From contig JBAQWP010000083.1 in NCBI GenBank assembly GCA_049298975.1, positions 1-36,732 on the forward strand: DNA of 36,732 nt, read 5' to 3'. Shown piece by piece: positions 24,008 through 31,365 of the stretch (positions are counted from its first letter, which is position 1; every line of letters starts with the position of its first letter). The translations under genes and the position numbers were made by a program. The notes under the pieces are model-generated. The model worked only from the letters and a program-made list of their open reading frames with translations, was not told the origin of the DNA and did no database searches. This stretch comes from Minisyncoccia bacterium. GTDB lineage: Bacteria; Patescibacteriota; Minisyncoccia; Phycocordibacterales; DATDWN01.

Positions 24008-25702
24008 ATGTCATTATTTACTGAATTTGGTTTGCTAATAGGAGTGGCCTTCGCTATTTCTTTAGTAATGAAACTTCTGAAGCAACCACTTATTATTGGT
24101 CACATAATAACCGGTCTGATTGTAGGTCCAATCATCGCGTCCTCTATCTCCACAGAAACTTTTACTCTTTTTTCCGAAATAGGAATAGCCATACTTCTTT
24201 TCACAGTCGGACTTAACCTTAGTCCAAAAACAATAAAAGAATTCGGTTCTATAGCTTTAATAACCGGAATAGGCCAAGTGGCCATAACAACCATTGCGGG
24301 CTATTTTGTGGCTATAGCTTTAGGATTTAGCACTATCTCTTCTCTTTATATTGCGGTCGCCCTAGCCTTCAGTAGTACTATTATTATTCTGAAACTTATT
24401 TCTGACAGGGGCGACATGGAAACTCTGTATGCAAAAATCTCAATTGGATTTTTGTTGGTACAAGATTTTATTGCGGTAATACTTCTTTTTATTATTCCTC
24501 TTGTTTCTTCTGGGAATTCTTCATTTGAAGAAATTGCTTTTGTTATAACCAAAGGTGTGTTTATGGTTGGTCTTATTATCTCTGTTGGTTTCTACCTTCT
24601 TCCAAAATTTAATGATTTTTTAGCAAAAGATATGGAGATGCTTTTCCTTTTCGCCACTGTTTGGGGTATCGGAATAGCAGCAATATTTAAACTTACAAAC
24701 TTTTCTATCGAAACTGGTGCGCTTGTAGCCGGAGTTGCTCTCTCAACACTTCCGAGTAGACATGAAATAAATGCCCGCATGATACCACTACGAGATTTTT
24801 TCATTGTAGTCTTTTTCATAATACTTGGATCTCACATGAATTTTTCAAATATTATAGAACTCCTGCCACAAGCACTTATTTTCTCTGCTTTGGTTCTTAT
24901 AGGCAATCCTCTTATTCTCATGATTATTATGGGAATACTTGGCTACAAAAAAAGAACAAGCCTTCAGACCGGTTTTACTGTTGCCCAGATAAGTGAATTC
25001 TCTCTTATTGTTATGGCTATGGGAGTAACTTACGGACATGTTACAGAAAAAACTCTTTCTCTGGTGACTCTTGTTGGTCTTATCACAATATTTGGCTCAA
25101 CATATTTAATACTATATTCAGATAAAATATATAAAATCCTGGCACCAGCGCTTTCAATATTTGAAAGAAAAAATGCTAGAGAAAAGGAAATAGAGACACA
25201 AAAATTCCCTATTATTTTGTTTGGAGCAAATAGAATAGGTTATGACTTCATACAGGAATTCAAAAAAACGGGTAAGCCATTTCTCATCATCGACCACAAC
25301 CCAGAGATTGTAAAAAATTTAACTGGCCAAGGCCTTAGCGTTGACTACGGCGATGCAATGACTTTGGACTATCTCGAATCAATAGACTATTCGAGTGCTG
25401 AACTCGTTGTCTCCACAATCCCCGACTCCGAAACAAACCTACTTATAAACAGAACAGTCAGAGCTATAAATCCAAACGCGCTTATTATGGTGGTATCCCA
25501 TAAAATACAAGAAGCAATGTCTCACTATGAAAACGGAATAAACTACGTGATACTTCCGCATTTTCTTGGTGGAAAATACGCAGCTGAGCTCAGCATAACC
25601 ATGCACGAAGACAAGGAAAGTGTAGGGAGAATAAAGGACCAGCATATAGAGCTACTCAAATCTAGAATAGGCAGTGGCCATGAACATCCAAAAATTGGCT
25701 AG
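24008..25702 (+). CDS. Cation:proton antiporter (CPA2/Kef-type) with C-terminal RCK/TrkA-N domain
   Basis: 564 aa with about 12 TM helices. A Rossmann-like ILFGANRIGYDFIQEFKKTGKPFLIIDHNPE follows. AT-rich with no SD. An extended -10 TGTGATATAAT lies upstream. Confidence 0.85.
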   Translation: MSLFTEFGLLIGVAFAISLVMKLLKQPLIIGHIITGLIVGPIIASSISTETFTLFSEIGIAILLFTVGLNLSPKTIKEFGSIALITGIGQVAITTIAGYFVAIALGFSTISSLYIAVALAFSSTIIILKLISDRGDMETLYAKISIGFLLVQDFIAVILLFIIPLVSSGNSSFEEIAFVITKGVFMVGLIISVGFYLLPKFNDFLAKDMEMLFLFATVWGIGIAAIFKLTNFSIETGALVAGVALSTLPSRHEINARMIPLRDFFIVVFFIILGSHMNFSNIIELLPQALIFSALVLIGNPLILMIIMGILGYKKRTSLQTGFTVAQISEFSLIVMAMGVTYGHVTEKTLSLVTLVGLITIFGSTYLILYSDKIYKILAPALSIFERKNAREKEIETQKFPIILFGANRIGYDFIQEFKKTGKPFLIIDHNPEIVKNLTGQGLSVDYGDAMTLDYLESIDYSSAELVVSTIPDSETNLLINRTVRAINPNALIMVVSHKIQEAMSHYENGINYVILPHFLGGKYAAELSITMHEDKESVGRIKDQHIELLKSRIGSGHEHPKIG

Positions 25703-25744
25703 TGACATAGTTGTGAATATACAGCATAATCATTTCTCTAAGTG

Positions 25745-25769
25745 TGCTATAATTAAGACAGAAAGGAGG
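25745..25769 (+). promoter_or_regulatory. Extended -10 promoter element and SD of cassette 2
   Basis: TGcTATAAT (25745-53). AGGAGG (25764-69) lies 8 nt before the ATG at 25778. No good -35. Confidence 0.45.
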
Positions 25770-25777
25770 GCGGACAT

Positions 25778-26449
25778 ATGTCTCGCTACTTGTTCGTTCT
25801 AGCACTACTTGCTCTGCCCTCTTGGGCACAAGCACAGGAAAAGCCACCGATTGAGCTTTTCGGCTCAAAACAAGTTGAGACTTGGCTAAACAAACGTGCA
25901 GATGAGCTTGGTATGGCGCGAATCGAAGATGATGTAGAACTCTTCTATCTCGCCGATCCTCGGATCAACTATCTCGTGCCAATACCAGATTCTATTTGCG
26001 TCGATCCAAGACTCGAAAACAAGTGGCGCTATGTTATGCCACAAGTTGCCAAGTTCCTTGTAGAGCTTCAAGAAAAATTCTCTGAGGAATTCGGTGAAGC
26101 GTGCTTTATGGTTAACTCTGCTGTCCGAACTATCCCACGACAAATGGAGATAACGATTGGCAGTGGAACCAAGAAAAACGGCAACAATAAGCCGAACTTA
26201 AACGCCGCAGCAGTTTGGGGAGAAAGAAGATCTCTACACCTCACTGGAGCAACAATCGACATTGGGAAACTGGATCCAATGTGGCTAAAGAAGGACAAAC
26301 TTGTTCAGCTAAAGCCAGAAATTATCAAATGGTTCCGAGAAAAATTGCTTAACTATGAGGATGGTGTCAATTTCGATGTCACTGAAGAGTTCGGGCAAGC
26401 GGTGTTCCACGTTACAGTACTCCCGCCACAATCTGTGGCAGTAAACTAA
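25778..26449 (+). CDS. Secreted LAS-superfamily (peptidase M15-like) zinc peptidase candidate, GC-rich cassette 2
   Basis: 223 aa. Sec signal peptide MSRYLFVLALLALPSWAQA/QE. NSAVRT (SxxR-like), HLTGATID (H-x6-D) and a distal FHV His fit the LAS metallopeptidase pattern. Confidence 0.6.
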   Translation: MSRYLFVLALLALPSWAQAQEKPPIELFGSKQVETWLNKRADELGMARIEDDVELFYLADPRINYLVPIPDSICVDPRLENKWRYVMPQVAKFLVELQEKFSEEFGEACFMVNSAVRTIPRQMEITIGSGTKKNGNNKPNLNAAAVWGERRSLHLTGATIDIGKLDPMWLKKDKLVQLKPEIIKWFREKLLNYEDGVNFDVTEEFGQAVFHVTVLPPQSVAVN

Positions 26450-26450
26450 A

Positions 26451-26498
26451 GGGCCGTCCGTTGCACATAAAGTCATGTGCGCCGTGCGGCCTTTTCTC
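26451..26498 (+). terminator. Compound intrinsic terminator of cassette 2
   Basis: GGCCG...GCACAT-AAAGTC-ATGTGC...CGGCC followed by TTTTCTC. Confidence 0.7.
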
Positions 26499-26532
26499 GA
26501 CCTTTTCTATTCGTAACAGACTCATACTAACA

Positions 26533-26567
26533 CCCTAAATGCACAGGGGTCCTCTGTGTATTTAGGG
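26533..26567. repeat. 14-bp stem hairpin without U-tract
   Basis: CCCTAAATGCACAG-GGGTCCT-CTGTGTATTTAGGG (one G-T pair). Not followed by a T-run on either strand. Confidence 0.6.
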
Positions 26568-26585
26568 CAAAAAAGACCTGAAACA

Positions 26586-26810
26586 CTACATGAGTTTCCT
26601 TATATCTGCTTCATACCTCTTCACCACCTCCATAGTCGCAGACATCTGATCCTTACCACTTTTCATAACTTCCTGTACTTCAGTTGCAATTTTTTGGAAA
26701 AAGGCTGGATCTTTTTCTATCATTGCAAAAATCTTATCCTGATCCGCTTGCGGAACACCCTTAAGCTGACTAGCCATCATTTTTCTCATTAAGAAATTTT
26801 TTATAGACAT
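26586..26810 (-). CDS. Small hypothetical protein
   Basis: The track ORF is 86 aa. The ATG at 26810 (MSIKNFLMRK...) avoids overlap with the divergent gene at 26829. No family recognised. Confidence 0.45.
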   Translation of the reverse strand: MSIKNFLMRKMMASQLKGVPQADQDKIFAMIEKDPAFFQKIATEVQEVMKSGKDQMSATMEVVKRYEADIRKLM

Positions 26811-26828
26811 GTGATATAATCTAAACGA

Positions 26829-27650
26829 ATGAAAAGAAAAAAGCAAAGAGTAAATCCCGGTCTTGCTTGGAAAACTGTTGGGTCTATGTTTTCTGTGCTT
26901 GCCGCTGGAATTGTAGTTTTCGTTTTCTATTATGGTTTCGATTTTATAGACATGTTTACACTCTCCTTCTACGAGAACCTAGCAAATCCATCTATTAGAA
27001 TAGTCAGAGTAGTTGAGGGCATGCGTAAAGAAGAAATAGCGGAAATAATGGCCAATAAGCTGGGTTGGAATAGTTTCCAGAAAGATCAGTTCATCAATGC
27101 TCATTTAGCTCTCAACTCCGAGAACCTGGAAGGTCATTATTTTCCTAAAACCTATATGATTCTCCACGGTGAAAATCCATTTGAGGTCTCCACTAATATG
27201 TTTTATGAGTTCTCCAAGGAAACACAGAAAGTAAAAACTAAAACAAAAATAATAAATCCAGATACTGCATTAAAAATTGCCTCGATTATCCAAAGAGAAT
27301 CTGGAGGCAAGAGTGATATGAAGTTAATTTCTGGAATAATTTGGAACCGACTTTTTGCGGGCATGAAACTTCAGATCGACGCTACCCTTCAATACGCTAA
27401 AGGTAATGAAGAGGATGGTTGGTGGCAAACTGTAAACCCGGAGGATAAAAAAATAGATTCCCTATATAACACATATATTTATAAGGAGCTTCCACCATCC
27501 GCAATAGCCAACCCTGGCTTAGCAGCCATAGAAGCCGCATATAACCCAGTAAAAACTAGTTGTATGTATTTTCTTCACGATAGACGAGGTAGGATACACT
27601 GCTCTAAAACATACGACGAGCACAGACGAAACATTGATAAGTATTATTAA
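26829..27650 (+). CDS. MltG/YceG-like endolytic transglycosylase, second paralog
   Basis: 273 aa. N-terminal TM helix, ASIIQRESG, and YNTYIYKELPPSAIANPG signature. Confidence 0.8.
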   Translation: MKRKKQRVNPGLAWKTVGSMFSVLAAGIVVFVFYYGFDFIDMFTLSFYENLANPSIRIVRVVEGMRKEEIAEIMANKLGWNSFQKDQFINAHLALNSENLEGHYFPKTYMILHGENPFEVSTNMFYEFSKETQKVKTKTKIINPDTALKIASIIQRESGGKSDMKLISGIIWNRLFAGMKLQIDATLQYAKGNEEDGWWQTVNPEDKKIDSLYNTYIYKELPPSAIANPGLAAIEAAYNPVKTSCMYFLHDRRGRIHCSKTYDEHRRNIDKYY

Positions 27651-27654
27651 GTAA

Positions 27655-27686
27655 AGAAAAAGCCCGCTGTAAGCGGGTTTTTTCTT
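27655..27686. terminator. Bidirectional intrinsic terminator
   Basis: AAAAAGCCCGC-TGTAA-GCGGGTTTTTT between convergent genes. Confidence 0.8.
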
Positions 27687-27701
27687 TAAGTTTTGACAAG
27701 A

Positions 27702-28424
27702 TTATTTTAGAGTTGTTTCAATACTTGCCTTTGCTCTCAAGGATTGTACGAAAGCTGTCGCCTCTACTTGTTGCTTCTGAAGAGTTAGCTGTTGCTTTAT
27801 CTGAGCCTCAACGTCCTTAAGTGCTGGTATTGGTTGTGGCTTCTGATCCTTAGGAAGTTTCTTATCTGCTTCCTTCTGAGCAGCAACTGCATCATCATAA
27901 AACTTTTTAACCTCAGCGTCTGTAACTGCTACTTTAGCTGGATCAATGTTTGCTAAAAGATACTTCTGACCTGTTATTTGTCTACTGAGGTTTTCCTTAA
28001 ACTTTGCCTCAGTAATGTTTATTTTCTTTAGCTCCTCTGCTAGCTTATCTGCTCCCCCAAGCTGAGTAACTACTGCTTGAAACTGAGTGTTTATTTCATC
28101 AGCTGTAGCTGTAATACCAGCAGCTTTCACACCCTGATTAACCAATTCATTGTTTATAAGATCAGTTAAAACTTGAGTTCTAATAGCAGTTACTACAGTC
28201 GTAGATGCTGTATCTACACCCTGATTCTTCAATGCTGTAATAGAAGACGCTAACTGACTCTCATAATCTGTCTTTGTAATATCTACCCCATTTACCTTCG
28301 CTACTGATTCAACAGTTGCAACTGCAGGAGTTGTTGTAGCATTCTTCTTTCCTAAAACCATATATCCTCCAACCGCAACAACAACGAGAGCGAGGACACT
28401 TCCGACAACTTTTTTCATATCCAT
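27702..28424 (-). CDS. SurA N-terminal-domain-like periplasmic/extracytoplasmic chaperone
   Basis: 240 aa with a membrane anchor (VVGSVLALVVVAVGGYMVL). VAKVNGVDITKTDYESQL... resembles SurA_N-type domains. No PPIase domain is visible. Confidence 0.55.
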   Translation of the reverse strand: MDMKKVVGSVLALVVVAVGGYMVLGKKNATTTPAVATVESVAKVNGVDITKTDYESQLASSITALKNQGVDTASTTVVTAIRTQVLTDLINNELVNQGVKAAGITATADEINTQFQAVVTQLGGADKLAEELKKINITEAKFKENLSRQITGQKYLLANIDPAKVAVTDAEVKKFYDDAVAAQKEADKKLPKDQKPQPIPALKDVEAQIKQQLTLQKQQVEATAFVQSLRAKASIETTLK

Positions 28425-28539
28425 CTTTTTTGTAAAAAATTAACTCTATTAAATCTTTTAATGTGAAAGAATTGTATCACACAGCCTAGAAAACCCACAA
28501 GTTCCCGATAAAGTTAAACCACTATTTTGATAAAGTATC

Positions 28540-28579
28540 AAAAAACCGGTCGAATCATAAAGACTCAAGACCGGTTTTC
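28540..28579 (-). terminator. Intrinsic terminator after 28588..28776
   Basis: AAAACCGGTC...GACCGGTTTT. On the minus strand it is followed by TTTTTTG. Confidence 0.65.
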
Positions 28580-28587
28580 CGCGCTCA

Positions 28588-28776
28588 CTATTGTGAGACT
28601 GTTGGGATGTTGGGTATGAAGCCTGCAGTCATTTGGTACTTGGCTCCATGTATAACATCTTGTGCGGTATCAAAGAACACTAGGAGGGTGTTCTTTGCCG
28701 CGAAGTAAACCTCGGGCGCTAGGAACTTAAGTGCTATTATCAACACTACAATTCCCAATGCTTCAAAAATTCTCAT
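28588..28776 (-). CDS. Small membrane protein, hypothetical
   Basis: 62 aa with one hydrophobic helix (ALGIVVLIIALKFLA). It has its own terminator and a weak RBS. Confidence 0.45.
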   Translation of the reverse strand: MRIFEALGIVVLIIALKFLAPEVYFAAKNTLLVFFDTAQDVIHGAKYQMTAGFIPNIPTVSQ

Positions 28777-29000
28777 ATTTTTTTGCCTTGAGAGTTGCCT
28801 TTTTCATGTCGCCGACTAGCGACACTATGTGCGATAAATGCACTGCCCCCCTCTTCACTTTCCGCTATTGAGGTCGCAAATTGCGACGTCCAAAAGTGGC
28901 GAGTGAAGAAATGAGGTTCCGTGCTTTACTTGTTTCAATACTTGTTTCAATGAGCTACACCAGTATTTTAACACAACTCTGTATTTCCTGACAAGTGGTA

Positions 29001-29029
29001 TTGACAGTGTGAAAATATTGTGTAAATAT
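29001..29029 (+). promoter_or_regulatory. Sigma70-type promoter of GC-rich cassette 3
   Basis: TTGACA - 17 nt - AAATAT preceded by TGt (or a 16-nt spacer to TAAATA). Confidence 0.5.
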
Positions 29030-29043
29030 CACTTAAGGAAGTC

Positions 29044-29064
29044 GTGTCTGCATACAGCAGACAC
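29044..29064 (+). promoter_or_regulatory. Perfect 8-bp hairpin in the 5' leader of cassette 3
   Basis: GTGTCTGC-ATACA-GCAGACAC sits between the promoter and the SD AAGGAG (29072-77). Confidence 0.5.
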
Positions 29065-29082
29065 TCGAGACAAGGAGACGTC

Positions 29083-29670
29083 ATGCCACGAGTGAAAGCC
29101 TCGACGAAAAAAGAGATCTCGAGTCTTAAAAGAGATCTTACAAGACTACGAAAAGTAGTTAAAGGACTCGAAGAAGTGGTCGAGATGTGTGATACCGCCC
29201 ACGTCACCGCGATGGCGGAGGTAATTCATCTTCGCAATGTTCAGGAGGATACATCGGGCCATCTCTATGCGGTGTGTACTGAAGCCAGGCAGGTCCCACA
29301 CCTCAAGGCACGTGTCAACGAGCTGCGTAAAAGCAACCAGTCATTTGCTGATGATGAACTGCGCAACAGTACATTCATCCTCTCGCAACACGAAGAGATT
29401 AGCAGATTGAGTAAGCAACTGAAAAAGGCGGAGGAGGAATTTGAGATTACTAAGAATGCCGGTGGTATGATTGCGGCGTGCCTCCTTTGTCAAGGTGAGG
29501 GGCCACTATCAATGCCGGATGTCCTCAGTGTTCTTACGAACCTGGAATCCCTGATTCCTGGCCTACGACTGAACGACGAGGTGCTAACCGCAGTTTCTGT
29601 TATGCTCGGTAAAGGCTCACCAGTCGCAGCAACGCTCAGATTGAAGATGGAGCTGGAGAATCGCAAGTAA
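29083..29670 (+). CDS. Hypothetical coiled-coil-rich protein, GC-rich cassette 3
   Basis: The track start 29044 is a GTG inside the leader hairpin. The ATG at 29083 lies 5 nt after AAGGAG and gives 195 aa (MPRVKASTKKEISSLKRDL...). No family recognised. Confidence 0.6.
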   Translation: MPRVKASTKKEISSLKRDLTRLRKVVKGLEEVVEMCDTAHVTAMAEVIHLRNVQEDTSGHLYAVCTEARQVPHLKARVNELRKSNQSFADDELRNSTFILSQHEEISRLSKQLKKAEEEFEITKNAGGMIAACLLCQGEGPLSMPDVLSVLTNLESLIPGLRLNDEVLTAVSVMLGKGSPVAATLRLKMELENRK

Positions 29671-29750
29671 GGTAGTCGCAGTCATTGACCCTATGACGGC
29701 AAAGGTACGGGCCTAGATCCAAGCGAGAACTACGTCGACACGGATAGATG

Positions 29751-29790
29751 GGTGGGATGCACTATGTATATAGTGGTCCCGCCTTTTTTT
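29751..29790 (+). terminator. Intrinsic terminator of cassette 3
   Basis: GGTGGGATGCACTAT-GTAT-ATAGTGGTCCCGCC followed by TTTTTTT. Confidence 0.7.
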
Positions 29791-29817
29791 AGTACAAAAA
29801 ATTTTCAAACCTATCTA

Positions 29818-31056
29818 TCATAAAAATAACAAATCTCTATCTAAATCCTCACTGTCCGTCCCCTTCACTTGTCTTGTTTTTGCTTTATGGGTTGAGGCGA
29901 GATAGACAACTTTTTTACCAAACTTTTCTTCGAGGTTATCTATACTTTCGTGAATTTTCTCAAATCTTCTAGCCGTGTCCCCTTCTCCAAATAAATCCAA
30001 CTGCCTCAGAGGCTGTGGTGTCAGATCACACAAAGTCACCCCGGTGGTTCTGTACACTTTCATTCTGAAATAAACCTTTCTAAAATATTTATAAACTAGG
30101 GTGATTAGTACTTCTGGCGCATTGGTTGGAGTTTCTATAGGAAGTTCAAACGAATGATAATGAAAATCTTGAGTTTTAAGAAAAAAATTTATCCTCTTAG
30201 TAACTAGTCCATAATGACGAGCCTTCCGGCAAGCTTCTTCTATATTTTTCGAAAATTGAGACATTAAAAAACTTTCATCACTAGTCGGTGGATGAAAAGT
30301 TCTAGTTTTTTGGATGGAATCAAAAGAAGTTTTAGTCTCACTATCTACTTGCATGACATTAACTCCTTGAAGCTCGTGCCAGATAGCCAGAAACGGTTCC
30401 GATAAATTTTCTTTTATCCAATCTTCCTTTAAGTTCACAAAATCTAGTGCAGTTTTTATACCTTTAAACTCTAGCTCTCTGGAAGTTCTCGGACCAATAC
30501 CCCAAATTTTTCCAACAGGATTTTTTTCTAGAAAATTTATAGCTGTTTCTTTGGTTATCACAGTAAGCCCATTTGGTTTTTGCCATTTGGAAGCAACTTT
30601 GGCCAGACATTTTGTAGGAGCCAGACCAACAGAAACAGAAAGTCGAAGCTCTTCAGTAACTTCTTTTTTTATTCTCTCTGCAATCTGCTTGTATGCCATA
30701 TATAGTGGTTTGTCGAGACCTGTCAGATCTGCAAAACACTCATCAATACTGTATTCCTCTACTTCATCTGCATATCTTCTCACAATATCAAACATCTTCT
30801 GTGAATAATCTGCATAGGACTTGTAATCCCCTGGCAAAACCAAAACACCAGGAAAATCTTTTTTCAGTTTAAAAATGGGATAACCACGGGTCACACCAAG
30901 CGCCTTTGCTTCATACGATGCAGCAGAAACTATACCGCGCTCTTCGCCGGTAACCACAGGCAGTCCCCGAAGTTTCTCATTTTTTGCAACTTCACAAGCC
31001 ACAAAGAATGAATCCCCATCCATGTGAAAAATTACCTTTTCTCTCTTTTCTCTCAT
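29818..31056 (-). CDS. dinB: DNA polymerase IV (Y-family)
   Basis: IFHMDGDSFFVACE, SIDECFADLTG and a HhH region (KIWGIGPRTSRELEFKGIKT). The track start 31092 is a TTG that coincides with the -35 box. The ATG at 31056 (MREKREKVIFHMDGD...) is preferred. Confidence 0.9.
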   Translation of the reverse strand: MREKREKVIFHMDGDSFFVACEVAKNEKLRGLPVVTGEERGIVSAASYEAKALGVTRGYPIFKLKKDFPGVLVLPGDYKSYADYSQKMFDIVRRYADEVEEYSIDECFADLTGLDKPLYMAYKQIAERIKKEVTEELRLSVSVGLAPTKCLAKVASKWQKPNGLTVITKETAINFLEKNPVGKIWGIGPRTSRELEFKGIKTALDFVNLKEDWIKENLSEPFLAIWHELQGVNVMQVDSETKTSFDSIQKTRTFHPPTSDESFLMSQFSKNIEEACRKARHYGLVTKRINFFLKTQDFHYHSFELPIETPTNAPEVLITLVYKYFRKVYFRMKVYRTTGVTLCDLTPQPLRQLDLFGEGDTARRFEKIHESIDNLEEKFGKKVVYLASTHKAKTRQVKGTDSEDLDRDLLFL

Positions 31057-31062
31057 GGGTAT

Positions 31063-31092
31063 ATTATAAGTGAACGTTAGTTCACCTGGCAA
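31063..31092 (-). promoter_or_regulatory. dinB promoter, probably giving a leaderless mRNA
   Basis: Minus strand reads TTGCCA - 18 nt - TATAAT - ATACCC - ATG. Only 6 nt separate the -10 from the start codon, and there is no SD. Confidence 0.55.
31072..31083. promoter_or_regulatory. Cheo-type LexA (SOS) box candidate
   Basis: GAAC-GTTA-GTTC (GAAC-N4-GTTC palindrome) lies in the spacer between -35 and -10 of dinB. Confidence 0.5.
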
Positions 31093-31110
31093 GGTATCCG
31101 TTGTCTCCTC

Positions 31111-31339
31111 TCACCTATTACATTTTTCATCAACAGAATATTTTGCTGTTGCAAAATTTCTTTCTACTCACCTCTTCACGGGTTCCGTAGATGATGAAAA
31201 ATATAATAGGTTCGATGAAACAGTAAACATCTCTCGTTGAACCTATATTTTTTATGGGGCTCTGCGGAGTCTGTGAAAGACGAGCAGGAAGAAAATTTTT
31301 GGCAGAAAATTATTCTGGTCCCAGAAAAAATATAGGTGA
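31111..31339. repeat. MITE-like element with ~55-nt imperfect terminal inverted repeats (repeat copies B and C)
   Basis: The left arm at 31111..31170 starts TCACCTATTA.... The right arm at 31284..31339 ends ...TATAGGTGA. The arms are roughly 70% complementary. The centre holds the hairpin ATAGGTTC...GAACCTAT (31206..31246). Confidence 0.45.
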
Positions 31340-31365
31340 AAAAGAGTTTATATTTTTTAACCCCT

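Noticed and set aside
28927-28950. Tandem TACTTGTTTCAA x2 as a CRISPR-like or iteron array
   Set aside because: There are only two contiguous copies with no spacers, and no cas genes are present. I mention it only as part of the control-region finding.
28806-28991. Mini-ORFs of 21 aa (28806..28871) and 26 aa (28911..28991, hydrophobic, type-I-toxin-like)
   Set aside because: There are no convincing SD sequences, the ORFs are too short to evaluate, and they have no conservation evidence. They are not annotated as genes.
28968-29207. Minus-strand 79-aa ORF antisense to the cassette-3 promoter and start, and similarly 35361..35636 (-) antisense to cassette 6
   Set aside because: They run through promoter, leader hairpin and SD regions of better-supported genes. 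They have no translation signals.
31057-31092. TTG start at 31092 for dinB (MPGELTFTYNIP...)
   Set aside because: The TTG is the first base triplet of the TTGCCA -35 box, and the extra 12 residues have no counterpart in DinB N-termini. I used the ATG at 31056.
1-31172. Repeat copies A and B as terminal inverted repeats of a 31-kb composite transposon
   Set aside because: The interval contains the core ribosomal-protein/rpoA cluster and aminoacyl-tRNA synthetases. No transposase sits at either end. A dispersed small repeat family is the simpler reading.
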